Shown one piece after another: positions 36,958 to 50,291 of a DNA stretch of 64,000 nucleotides (positions are counted from its first letter, which is position 1; the number at the start of each line of letters is the position of its first letter). The notes under the pieces are model-generated. The model ran no database searches. It was not told where the DNA came from and saw nothing but the letters and a program-made list of their open reading frames with translations. The DNA is taken from contig OZ316891.1 of NCBI GenBank assembly GCA_973895155.1, forward strand, positions 9,859,875-9,923,874. The letters run 5' to 3'. The position numbers and the translations under genes are program-made. The stretch is from Marsupella aquatica. Its lineage: Eukaryota > Plantae > Marchantiophyta.

Positions 36958-39900
36958 TATTAGGCTCCAATTCTGTATGGAATCTTGGACTTATATTTAA
37001 AAAGCTCATCGCATATATAATTGGAGAAAGTGTTTGTGTGAAGAATGATTAGGGGATGTCCTTGAATTCCCTTGTCTGTGTAGCACAATCTTTCAACCTC
37101 AATTATCACGAATAAGTAACTCAAGGGTCCTGAAATTGTCTTCGGATGGAAAAAGTATTGCTGAGTTGTCCATATTGCATTACTAGCTTGACTTCATAAG
37201 TGTTAGGTGGTATCAGGGGTGCTTTGTTTGGGTCTTGTTGTATAGGGTGAACCTTAATTTGAGGAGTGAAGCTAGCAGGGTGATATGTCACGACTGCTCC
37301 TTCTCAAATGTTCCAAGAAGTTGTCGAAAAACATTTTGTTGGTGAAATTGTTCATCTGAAGTATGGAGGCCAATTTCAAGGACAGGATTATAATATAATG
37401 CCTGAGGTTTATATTTAAGACGGTGATGCACATGAAGCAAGTGGACAGGTGAGAAATTCCTTTGGGAGTTATCGAACAATTCCTGTCCGATAAGAATTGC
37501 CGGAGTTGTGTCTCTCCACTTTTTGGAGTATTAATATGGTCGGCTGCCAAGGAAACATCAAGATATTCCTCCTAGGTGACTTTTGAAGGTTTCCAGATGT
37601 TTTACAGTCCCTTCGGGCTTGGAGTGTCGTGCCTTGTTGGGACTTTCTGTTTTCGAAATTTTTGAGAGATGCCATTTTCAGAGGGCCCAAGTTTTGGTAA
37701 AGGAATTTAAATTCTTGCAGGTTCCGTCAAGACTAGAAGGATCTTTATCCTCCTCCTGTTCACAACAGGTACTGACATCCTTCTAAACAGTGGATCTTCC
37801 CCGAACCCCATCCCAGTAGGAGTATGGTGACAATTAGTGGTAGGCTGCGAGGGCACTATACAGATGGCCAAAATCCGTCATCGAGATATTGACCAGTTCG
37901 TGAGGTGGTCCACTTCCAGTCCGCAGTAATGATCCAGTCCGTAACGGCACGTTTCCTTGCTTCGAGACACCCTTCTGACTGATGATCATCGATTTTTCGA
38001 GACCACTCTACTGTATCCATGATTGAACGTCGTAAACTCTGCCTACCCACTATGGACCTTCTGGCCAGTTTCGTGGCAACAACCTTTTTTTGTCTCTGCT
38101 ATTAGTGCCACTAGTGTAGCTTGGTATATTTATGCTTTTTGACATACCCATAGGAATGAAGCTGGATCTTGTCGCCCTTATACCCTTCCGAAAGGTCAAT
38201 CAAGCGTGTTGCTTAACTTTTGTAGAGCTTGGAAGTCTCGGAAGAAGCAGCTGTGACCCGTAGACCTGCCTGGAGAGAGCAGAAGAACCTTCCTCAATGG
38301 ACCCTCCCATATGATTGTTGGCAACCAGTCTCATATCCATTCGAAAGGTCACAGCTATGACTGTTTAATTCTACGGGATAGTAAGAATAAAACAAACCTG
38401 GACATACAAGAAGAACCTGGCGCAAAAGGCACCTCCCACATGACGGTTTATATAGTCAGAATATCATTTTAAATGGTTTCAGATGACAGTTTGTACTGCT
38501 GGATAGTAAAAGATCGCATGGACTTGCCTAGGCCTTGTTGCTTGGATCACAGTTTAATGCACCAGATTCTCCCATAACTTGACTAAGGATCAAATTCTTT
38601 GTAATTCATAGCTGGTAGGAACCACCTTAAAGGTAAAAATAAATATATATAAATGGAGGGGTTTCACTCAAGCCAGTTGTGGGGCTGGAGATATCCCTTT
38701 CAATAATATGCTAAATAAACATTGAAAAAATTAAAAGAAAATTAATTTATTGTGTCACATGATCCCCAAAACAAGTGATCGAATAGTCTCATTACTTGAG
38801 ATCAAATGTGGCAAGAAAGTGTTGTGCCCTCTTGTTTATACCACAACTACTTCTTTGATTAAAGGAATCCCGGCTCCTTTCAACTATGGGTTACCAGGAG
38901 TGCTAATTCAATCAGAAATTGTTTAATTATTTCCACCCCTAGCAAGCGATGGAATTTTCATTTATTAGTGTTTTGAAAATAGTGACTCATTTTCAAAATG
39001 AAGAAATTAGGTGTAGATCTGGTCTTCTATTGAACCATAGATCACTTGTTGACATGGACAGTTGAGATTGCTAGAAAGAACCCTAAAACATAGAACAGTC
39101 TCCGACCAAGAATGTACGCCGTACAACTTAATGTTGTCATTACAATAACCTAGCGAACTACTGCAATTACTTCAGACGATCTGTCACCAAACATAATAAT
39201 ACAAGACTTAAATGCGGAAGAGAAATCTAACTGATAAAGCACAATCAAAAGCTACTCCATGTGCCTGGTCTGCTGTCTAGAGTGAAGCCCCTAGTTTGTG
39301 CATACCTCAAAGTCAGAGTACAAAAACAAGGTTGGGGCCAATGATAAACAAGAAATAGCATCTAATCCATTTTTCTACAAGTTTTTTTTTCTACTCATCT
39401 CTGTTTATGTTCAAGCAAATGAAACTCAGGCTTCAGAAAAATTCAATTAGTTCAAGGACCCCTTGGTTATTTAAACTTGTTTCATTAAACTATTTGGAGC
39501 CATGAAGAGTTGCACATTGGAATAGATAGATGAGAGGAGAAAGATTAAATGGAGTATTCTAAATGAAGTGAATTTTAAAGGTAGCTAGGACAATTTCATT
39601 GAAGACAAAATTAATAGGAGTACATTCATAGTAATACAGAGGGTAATTCTCATTCCAAAATGTTTCACGTAATACCTCTATGTTTTTACAATATATGTAA
39701 TATTCCATATAGTTCATGCAAATTATTGCTTTGTCCATACAAGTTACTGGAAAGGTCTTAGTTAGAGTCCCTTGGTATTCCTCTACCCATAGTAATTATG
39801 GTGTTTCTTACCTTTGTTTGTTAGTCCTTTATCCATAGTAGCTAAAAGGTTTCTTAAGTTACCTTGGTAAATGTAAAAGAATTTAAAAAGTTTCTTGGGT

Positions 39901-42900
39901 TTTTTATGCTACCTTGGCAAATGTTAGAGTAGTTGAAAAGTTTCTGTCTACTTGTCATCATTTCAAGAATGTGTAAATTAAATAGAAAATTGAAACAAAT
40001 TACCATAAAACACTGATATATCAATCACAACTCATCCAAAATTATTTTCTTTCACAGCTATTTTGCCCTTTTCTTTTTCTACTTGAAATGTTAATTTTCA
40101 GTTTTCCATTGTTTTTACACTTGTAGGGTCTAACTGTTTTTTTTGCCTTGCCTCAAACACGAATAGTCAAATTTGCTTCTTCTGGCATTACTAAAGTTCT
40201 TGTTTGTGACAAAATCATGTTGATGTGACTCCACATGTATCCATGAATTTTGGAAGAAACTTCCCATTGGGGTCTGCAACAAGACCAGAATGAAATAATC
40301 CGTTCATGATTTTGATCCATTGCCATCCAATGCTTATTTTCAGCAAGACCCAAACAAAATAATCTGCTCATGAATTATTGCCAGCCAATGCGTCATTATG
40401 TAGTTAAGGATGATTGAGGTTACTTCATGATATATTTCATTGACCATGTATGGGACCATAAGCAGGGAGCCCATATACGCAAGGCTACAAATATGCATAA
40501 GGAAACAAACAGGCACCCTTAATTAGCTTCAGGTTAAGGTGTTTGGGTGATTTAAACAGTCATTGACTTATCAACTGAGTAATGTCCAACAAGCCAGACT
40601 GCAGGATTCTATTGTTACTCTGTGTTGTAATCTGTGTAATGCAGATAGTGTGTATACCATATGAAAGTACCTATAAATTAATGAGATATGATCAAGTCTA
40701 AAAATGCCCTGCTGGTAATCACACATCAAAATGTGGCTGCATTCATTGATTGAAAGGAAAAACCTACGATTATCACGGTATGCAGAGGTGTCGTACATCG
40801 TATATGTCATATTTTGATGTGCAGTTACCGAGACCCCTAAAAATGCTTGTGTGGCGGCAGCCTTAAGGGTTAGGTTCCATGGGGTTGGGAGTGAGGAGTG
40901 CACATGTATGTCAGCTGTTTGAGCCAATAAGATCATGGCTTTGCCAGGGAATGAAGAGTATACAAATAAGGTAATAGGGAGTAAGATTTTCCCTCACACT
41001 CCCTGTTAAACTCTAGGGGCACCCCCTGCCCCTGTACAGTGACAGTACAGTGCATTCTCATTGGCTCTAAAGTCAAAATTCATACATTAAAAATACTGTG
41101 TACACCTTGGCATAAGGTGTATTTGCGCCCAGGGGTGTCAAGAGTGACTAATCTCACTCCCTGCCCCTGGCCCATGGAACCTAGCCTTTAACCACCCAAA
41201 AGCCAAGAGTCACCCATACAACCTCGACGTTCAAGGAAAACGAGTCACTCAGACTAGTACACAAGAAAATTTCAACGAGACGAGAAAATAACATACGTCT
41301 CACGCATTGCCGTCCGATGCTTCATCGTGCGGTTTGGAACCTCACGGCTACCGTTTCGATGCCCTTCTCCTATTCTACTACTGCAGAGGCCCAAATTTGT
41401 TCGTACTGAAGGAAATCGAGGGAGGGGGCGAAAAGTCGGACGAAAGGAGAGGACGAAAGGAGAGGACGAGAAGTCGAGAATGATGGTGGAGAGCGAAAGG
41501 GTGTCTCTCTGTGTTTGTTGAGAGTTGTCACAGCTTGATAGCAGGATTGGCGGCTCTGTGATAATCGTAATTTGTTGCCGTTCGACGTCCGGTCCGAATT
41601 TGCGGCGTTTTAAATTCCCATCTGGTCAGAACCTCAGCCGATTTCTTCTTCCCTACTCCAGAGGCGAGTTGGCAACGCAACGGAAGCGAAGAAAGAGTGA
41701 TTCAGCAGCATGATTGTGTGAACCGTGTTACTAGTCACGTTCTCCTCGGCCTTCGCCCGGCCCGCAGCAGCTGGTACTGATGCCGATGCGTCTACTGTTC
41801 CCTGAAACGATCGTCACTCGGTCAGTCACAAGCGCTTTGCGTCCGACCAATTAATTTCACTCGGTCGTGCGTTGTTCCAGGAGTGTAGCGATGAGCTGAA
41901 CTGTTGGTCGTAATTGCTGAAGAGCCTTGCAGCTGATATAAGAGCGGCAAGCCAGAGCAGGAAACTTCGTCGGGCGTGTATGTTTGTGATGACGGACTCG
42001 TCTTCTTACTAGGCGGTATGCCTTGTCGTTGTCCATACAACGCTTACTACTCATACTCATCGACATGGCGGCCTTCTCTCCGTCCTCCTCGGTGAGTAGT
42101 GCCTCGATCAAACAGGGTCTATTGTGACGCGTGAAGTTTCTGCGTAATTCACTTGTCACGCCGTGCATGTCCGCCATCTGGATGGATTAAGGACGCGAGT
42201 CGTTGTTTGTAGTGGCTTGTGGACTGAGGTGAAGAGTTTGTCGTATGGTATGCGTCTCATCATCCAATCGTTCAGATCTACAATTCAATGCAGGGTTTCT
42301 ACATTCGTACTATACGATTATGACGTTAGTCGCATTAGGTGCCTTCCCGGAGCAGTTTATAGACTGGAACTGCTTCTACAGTCTGTGGATTTGGTGTCAT
42401 CTCACGGTGACTCGGATGCCACCAAGCCTTCGTTTTCTGATTATCTTTTAGGAGCGCCCGCGAGATGACATATGAATTGGCGATCGTAGAGTTGGTGCGC
42501 AGAGGATGTAGTTTGCGTAGCTTGGGTCTCGAGCCACAGCCGAATCCTAGTCGTTGTCCTTGTCATGAGTCTGACTCATCAGGGCTTTGAAGTTCATTTT
42601 GCGTCGCGTTGACCTCGAGCTCCGCATCCTACCCATCCACAGGCTTATGGCTGTTTTGGCCTTTAGTTGGGATTTCACTTAGGGTATGTGGCGCAAACTG
42701 TGCTGTGTGGAAAGTCCTATGTTTTAACTGAATCATTTTATTAACTGTCGCCGGAAAATTTCCTTGTGATAATTTCCTAAACATTGAGGAAAGGAGAGAG
42801 ATTTCTTGGTTAGCGACGTTTTGAAGCATGGCAAAGATGGCGGGGAAGGTCCTAGCCTGGGACTTTCTACTTACGCTGTGGTTTGCTGTTATGGATATGG

Positions 42901-43371
42901 ATGATGGTAATCACCAGCACGTAGATTGATTTGTTAAGAATCGTCACTTGTGGATCTACTTCATGAAGCTGGAAAGTCAAGGAACTGGTTTTGAAGTGTC
43001 TCATCGCTGTTGCATTTGACAGACTTAGACATTCATACCGTCATCCCCGATTTTGAGAAGGGAGTGAGGAGTGAGGATTACTTTATTGCGCACGTCAATG
43101 TGAGTTTTAACCTAGCCATACAAAACGTTCCCCAGTGTTGTGAGATATAAGTTCGCTAGTGCTTGGATCGAACTGCAAAATCGTGATTGGTCACCTAATT
43201 GAATATTATCCTTTGTCAGTCGTCAGGTGCAGGGTTTAGTACGCCCATTCACGTTGAGGGATGAGGAGGAAAGATTTCTTGGAAAGGCCGTAATACACAA
43301 CTCGGAGATAGCCATCATCTGAGATTGTAATCTCTTGATACAGGTTTGAAGCTTTTAAAGCTCGCTAGAAG

Positions 43372-46300
43372 ATGCGGCCGTTCTGCGACAATTTCGGAGA
43401 GGCATTTGATAATGTCATGGCATTTCTACTGAACTGCTGTGGATCTAAAAGCCCTCGGCGGCGATCCAGTTTAGATGATGCTGAAGCTATTTCGCGTGAA
43501 ACTGTTTGTAAGGTCTCTTCACGTTAGTCCCAATGTCTGTTTCACTTCCAATGGCCTGTTCACTTAATATTATCATGTACCAGAGTCGAGGGTCTCCACA
43601 AGAAAATTTCTATGTGGAATGTCAGTTCTTGTATACTTGTGTACAGTGTCTAGATAAGGATACTTCGGATTTTGAACAAAGTCTGCAAGCCTCCGGCTGC
43701 TCTATCTGATCTGTTTTTGACGTCCGCAAATTGCATCGACTGAAGAGGTAAGGTAGCCTGTGATGTTGTAGTGTGGTAAGTGTTCAACATCATCACAATA
43801 ATAGAGCTACTTTGTTGAAGTGAGGCCGTTTCTGTAAAGCTGGTTTAAAGTGTTCCGATACTTTGAACCACGGTGCTTTATCATGGGCATATAAATGGCA
43901 ACTGAGTTTTCCAGCGCCGCTTCATTTCACGCGATTAAGAATGTGTACTGCCACTCGCTGTTCTTAAGGGGAGATTTGTTTGTAGCTAGGTGCAACAATA
44001 AGAATTTTTTTCAGGTTGAATAAGACCCTGTTGCCATGGTTGATCAAGGTCTATTTGTAGCACCGTGATGTGCAGAAAAAGAAAGCTTAATTGTCTGCAG
44101 ACTATATCCGTACTTGTTGCGGGATGTTTGAGCAGTAAGCGTATCTGCAAAACATTGACTTTGATGTTGGATTGCAGTTACTGTGAGTGAGGTGGAAGCA
44201 TTATATGAACTCTTCAAGAAAATCAGCAGCGGTGTTGTGGACGATGGCCTCATCAGAAAGGTAGACTCTCATCTGTGTGACGTGCCAAGTTGACTGTTTA
44301 TCGCTTATCTCAATTCAACAGTTTGGGGTGGGTTTCTGACTCCTTGATTTAATCGTATCTGACCCACGTGCTTGACGAATGATGAAGGAAGAGTTTCAGA
44401 TGGCGTTATTCAAAACGAAAAGTCGAAAGGAAAGCTTGTTTGCAGACCGTGTGAGTGTTCTTTCCAGTTCTGTTGATAGGCGATTCTTTGTTTATGTTGC
44501 ATTTTTGGGATGCCGTGTTTCTGGGAATGATTAGTTGATGTGTGACTCTTGGGTAACTACTGTTTTTGACCTTGTTTCTTTTAGCTGTTGAGCCCCCTGT
44601 TTGCCATTGTACGGAGTCCTAAGAGCATATTTCTAAGCGTGAGTGCTGGCGTGCAGGTCTTCAACTTGTTCGATGTAAAGCATGATGGGTTGCTAGAGTT
44701 CGGCGAATTTGCTCGCTCCATATCAGTCTTTCACCCTAACGCTCCACTGGATGACAAGATTGACTGTGAGTGTTCCCAAAATATCTGCAAATTTCAGATG
44801 GCTTGTATGCTAGATTTCTCATCGTGACTCTCTTCATGAAATTCATTTTGTACGCAATTGTATAGCTTCAGGGACTCTCTATCAATTGCCGCTTGCTTGT
44901 AGTGGAACTTGCGATTCTTAGTTTCTGCCACTGGGTCCATATGGGTCGAGGTACTTGTGTGGATCTTGTTCAACTCGGGCTTATCGATAACACTGATTGA
45001 TTGCAGTCTCATTTCAACTGTATGATCTCCAGCACCAAGGGTACATTGAGCGAAAAGAGGTATATACTATATCATGGGATGTTGGAGCTTTAAATTGTGT
45101 GGAGAATACCAAAGAATGCCCGTTTCTGGTAGAAGACAGGACCAGCGACAATGCTTATTGCCCCTTGACTTACCTCATGCTTCGCTATCTTTTGTGCGAT
45201 GTTAAACATATTTGTGTGGTGGAAGAATCAGTTCCTCGAGTTTTGCAGCTGCAAAGCTGTAATTAATGAGGAAGCCAATAATTAGGACTCAACGAATGTT
45301 ATGCACATGGCATTGAAAAGATACTCTCACCAAAATACTAGACGAGTTTCACTTTATAAATCCGTCTGTTGTACTCATTGCTCAACTTCACCACCTTGAG
45401 CTCAGGGACTACCATTCAAGATAAACCTTTTACCTTACTGAGTCTCGACTCACTTGGTTAAGAATTTACTGATGAGGTAGATGTGGTAGATGTGGAGCTT
45501 TGCTTGGTCGAGTTTGTGAGTAAAAGCAAAGTAGGCTAGGATGCAGGCCAGGATAAAACCGGTCAAGTGACTTAGGCACGGTGTGCTTTACCCTAACTCG
45601 AAAACTATCGTATTTGTGAATGTGTTTTCAGGTGAAACGGATGGTTATAGCAATGCTGGCAGAATCTGGTCTGAATCTTGCGGATGACATCATCGAGGAA
45701 ATAATTGACAAGGTATACAAGTTTTGTGGATTTCGAGTTTGTGAGGCATGACCTTCTGACCTGTCTGTTAAGTAAACCTGTAAGGAAATTTAAGACACCG
45801 TGGGTGTCGACAGAGCCTTGATTGGGTTTGTCCTCTCGTCCGTGATGTGACATGGTACCTCATACAGTTAGCAGAGTGACGTGTGCCCCGTTTCTGTATT
45901 TTGGTTGTATTGATTTGCTGTCAAACAAACTACAGCGCCGGCGTCGAGCACCCAAGTATCCCGTCTGTTATTGATTGTACTTGACAGTACAATATTGGAA
46001 GTATAAGGCCACCTTGGGTAAATTCCCAAGGTTCAGTCACAGGCTGCAGTCCTGGTGACAGAGGACCTGAGTCTTTCACCTCCTGCTGTGTAGGAATTTG
46101 AAGTAATCCTTGCCTCTGGTATTCTATATCTCTTGCAGACTTTTGAAGAGGCAGACACCAAGCATGATGGTCAGATCGACAAAGAGGAGTGGCGCAGCAT
46201 GGTTTTGCAACATCCATCCCTGTTGAAGAATATGACTCTACCATATCTTAAGTGGGTGATAGTTCTCTGCAATGAAATGAATGTTTGCCCGGCTGACCGT

Positions 46301-46450
46301 TACCTTGGATTCAAATTGTCCCAAACAGTAGAGCACTTTTAATCTCGATTGTCTGGGGATGTGACGTGTTTCGTGTTGTGGATTGGCAGGGACATCACAA
46401 CAGCATATCCTAGTTTTATTTTTCATTCACAGGTCGAAGATACTTCATGA
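43372..46450 (+). CDS. CBL: Calcineurin B-like calcium sensor, CBL2/3-like
   Basis: Eight exons in the canonical CBL arrangement: 43372-43507, 44178-44260, 44388-44450, 44657-44765, 45007-45059, 45632-45712, 46139-46251, 46390-46450. Motifs [74 protein letters not shown]. The N-terminus has several Cys and no Gly2. Confidence 0.95.
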
Positions 46451-47331
46451 AGGTTCCTGGTCAGCACACTTCGCCATGCAAAGATCTTCCTGTCCCTGCT
46501 TCAAGCAGAAATGAGGATGGAAATATGGTATTGTGAAGTTAAGATCTATTGTAGGGCTATGTACACACATGAGCAGAATCATTCTGGTCTATATAAATGG
46601 ATCGGCCGTTCATTCTACGATTCTAAACGGAGGCGTGAGATGATGAAATACGAAATATGACATACTGGAGGTAGTGAGTGAAGTGTGCAGTGCTTCCCAA
46701 TGAAGGTCGCGCTTCACACATCGATTGTTAGGGTTCTTATTCTTTGAAACTGATACTAGAGTGTTTGGAAAGTGCTTTTGGACAGCGGATCATCAGTTAT
46801 TAGTCATCTTCCTTAAAAATGTGAAATCTGTGTTTGTTCAATTCCCAGATGGCATGCAAGTTCAGCCCTGCATGTCAAATCCAACTTCAGCTGTTACAAT
46901 TTTACGAAGGGAGTTTATAGTGAGTACGTCAACAAGATAAAAGTGATATTGATCATCAGTGTCGAGAGTGCCTTCACAGCTACATTTTGCCGAGTTTTCT
47001 AATGGATATGGAGTATTTGTTTGATTCTGGTATGCTCCAGTGATGTGGATTCGTTGGAAGGTTTGTGAATGGGTTTGTTGTTTGCTTGGTACTCGAGCCC
47101 TATCTATTGGCAAATAAGGCACAAAATAGTCTTCATATCAGAAGCTCTAGCTGAGAATAGTATACTGCGATTGTGGAAACAAGTGGATGTGGAAACAAGT
47201 GGAGGTGCGGGGACTTCGTTAGTTATTCCCCTCGAGGTTACGAGTGGGGGACTCAAGAGCAGACTTGCAATGAGTGTGCAAGCAAAACAGGTCCAGTTTT
47301 CCGCCTAAAAGTTTACTTCGTATGTCGTCCG

Positions 47332-47536
47332 GAACGCCTAAAACAGAAAAGCCATAACAGATTAATATCTCAATTTGAAAAGTACAAAACTTTGGAAGAT
47401 GCTATAAAAAACAGGTCAAGTGAAATGTGGAACATTTCAAGAAGTACGCAAAAAAAGAACGCCTAAAACAGAAAAGCCTAGATTAATATCTCAATTTGAA
47501 AAGTACAAAACTTTGGAAGGTGTTATGAAAAACAGG
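47332..47536. repeat. Tandem duplication with ~126-bp period
   Basis: aacgcctaaaacagaaaagcc..agattaatatctcaatttgaaaagtacaaaactttggaag is found at about 47333 and 47458. Confidence 0.85.
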
Positions 47537-47931
47537 AAGATCTTAAAGTTTTCCGGAAGTTCACTAGCGAGTCATCTGGACTTTTGCCTGAATGGAAGGG
47601 GAACCACGTTTCATTGTTGGAATACTACATAGGGGGGTGAGACTAGAGATGAAAGTTAGAATTCTTACCGAGGTCAGTAGACCTCTATCACCGTGAGTTC
47701 TGTTTCTAATCAAGACAAATTGATAGTCTCGTGTGGTGTTAGCTCCAGATCCTGTTGCCTAGGGCTGGAGTGACATCCACTCATCTTCACTTTTCTTACA
47801 TTTTAGTGTTTGGAGAGCTGTCACATCTCATGGTTAGATGGTCCTCAGGACTGGGATTGAGATCATGGGAAGTGGCCTTTAGTACTTCCTGGATTTCTTA
47901 GAACATTGGCAGAACCAATCCGCTGGAGTGA

Positions 47932-47980
47932 CCACCTCCCCTTCAAAGTTGAATGAAATTTAACTTTGAAGGGGAGGTGG
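47932..47980. repeat. Perfect 19-bp inverted repeat (hairpin)
   Basis: ccacctccccttcaaagtt / aactttgaaggggaggtgg are exact reverse complements around an 11-nt spacer that can itself partly pair. Confidence 0.9.
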
Positions 47981-50039
47981 AACCAACTTGGAGGCGGATG
48001 GACCTAAGATATGTGATTGAGATAATATAAGGTGGCCATTACCTAGATTTTATAAAAGAATAGCTGAACCAAATGGTTCCACCCATGTTGAAATTATAAT
48101 ACACTATGGAAGTCTGGTGTTTAGTTTGGAACTTGGGAGAGGGGAACAAAAATAAAAACTCTGGAAGTCGTTGGGAACAAGAAAAAACATATGCGTCGTA
48201 CTTGTGGCAGCTGATATGTACCCCCCCCCCCCCCACCCCGCCCCCCCCCCCCCGCGCAACTCCCCACACACATACACACACAAGCAGCCTTGACGCATGT
48301 CATGTGGATAACCAAGAGCAAAAGCAGGAAACTTTAGTGCCCTTGAGTTAGTGGACAGAGAAATCTAAATAAAACAAAATGAGGCATAACCACTAAAGCT
48401 GGGCCCAGTGAAGCAGCAGCAACTTAGACAGAACTCAGGGCCTGAAACAAAAGGGCCAGTAACATGCAAGTGTGCCCATAGTTGAAAGTCTGGCACCTTG
48501 CTGCAACAACGGAACCCAATTCGGAAGAGAAAGTTATGCTGTCAGGCTGGGTGGCAATGCTTGATTTCGCCAAGGTGCTGAAATACAACAAAACCACCAG
48601 AGAACGAGTGGCTTAGAAACAATGACTGGCTATATCGTGCCAGTCAGTGCCAGTAAGGGTGCCTCACTTAAACCTATAAGGTACACTACCAAAAGAGAAA
48701 CTGGAAAGCAAATCTGCCTAATTGGTTGAAGTGACAAGCTGTAAAAGTTTTTCAAAGTTGAAGTGTTCACAATCAACTACTGTCTTCCCTTGAACATAGC
48801 CATGCCATGGCTATGTGCTTGATAGTGGAAATTTTTGGGCCCCATGACAAAACAGACATTTTAACTCAAACACAATGCCAATTAAACACACTGCCCCGCC
48901 TGGGCAGTGTTTGAGTTGGACGCAGTGTGTGCCATTTGACCCTTACTGTTATACATTGAGCACAAAATACACAAAATTCATGAATCATATCACATGTCAA
49001 CATTCAAACACAACACCCATTTTTGAATGCAACTCTTGCAAGTACCAAAAATGACAAGAGATAGTCAAGACTCAAATACAACACCCCATGGCCCCACTAT
49101 TCAAATACAGTACCGGTTTTGTGTTTAGAAAAGACTACAGTGATAGATATGGACTTGAGTATGGACAATACTGGGCCTTAGCATCTCCATGCATCTCAGC
49201 TAGGCAGCTGAGATTGGCTCAATCTTGGCTAAACTTGCCGAGATTGCTTACATATCCTTACAAGACAAAGAAATCAACATGTTAAATGAGGGCTCGCTAT
49301 TAGTGTTTTCATTTTGCCAGAGTGAAAACACTAATAGTGAACTCCATTAAAATCATAAACTTAGCAAAGCAAACCGGAACTTAACACACACTCAGATAAG
49401 ATCATTGTTTAAAATCATTTCTCTCACTCATCGGAGACAAGATAGAACTTGGTAGATCCCTATCTCTTGGATAGCAAAGATTAAAACGTTATGAGGGGAT
49501 CCAAAATAAAATCTAAATTATCCTCCAGTATAACAAAAACTAAAAGGGGTCCCAACATCATTGAAAATCTAAATAAGGAAAATGGGCCCATGGAATAAGA
49601 ATACAGGGGAACATCTCAATAAGACAAAACATGAAAACTGGATTTACCATGCAGTATAGGAGTGTCAATGTCTATCCTGATTAGTGAAGCCCCGAGTCTA
49701 AAATAATAAAGATTGCGCTGAACTTTTGCTTTGACTAGAACAAAATCATTTTTCACATTTGAGTTGATAGCCAGATAGCTAATGCGGTTTATGTGGGAAA
49801 AGTGATTTTCTGAGTGGGCCCCCCTTGCGTATGCAGACAAAGGACTCCGTTAAAAATCTGGGAATTAAAAACTTAGAGAAACGAGAAACTGACAAGGGCC
49901 CATCCACCACCTGGGACCTCACATCGACAATCCTCTTGGTGATTTTTTCTCTTTTTAATCTTAGATGCTTTATCCATAAGAATGTATAGTCTAGATTTGG
50001 AACTGAAGTCCCAGAATCTAAACATTTGACAAAATGCCC

Positions 50040-50291
50040 GGATAGATCAGCACAACCCAGATGGACTGCAAACAAACCTTTTCTTGTACTCAGATTTGGG
50101 TTTGTATTGGGTTTCTAAAAACATCCATACATTTATGGTCAAACAGTAACCTGGTCCATCCAAGTTGAAAGGTGGATAGATCAGCACAACCCAGATGGAC
50201 TGCAAACAAACCTGTTCTTGTAATCAGACTTCACTTTTTGCTTTGTAAGAAATCCATATATTTATGGTCAAATAGTAACCTGGTCCATCCA
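50040..50291. repeat. Tandem duplication with ~134-bp period
   Basis: ggatagatcagcacaacccagatggactgcaaacaaacc...tttatggtcaaa.agtaacctggtccatcca is found at about 50040 and 50174. Confidence 0.88.
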
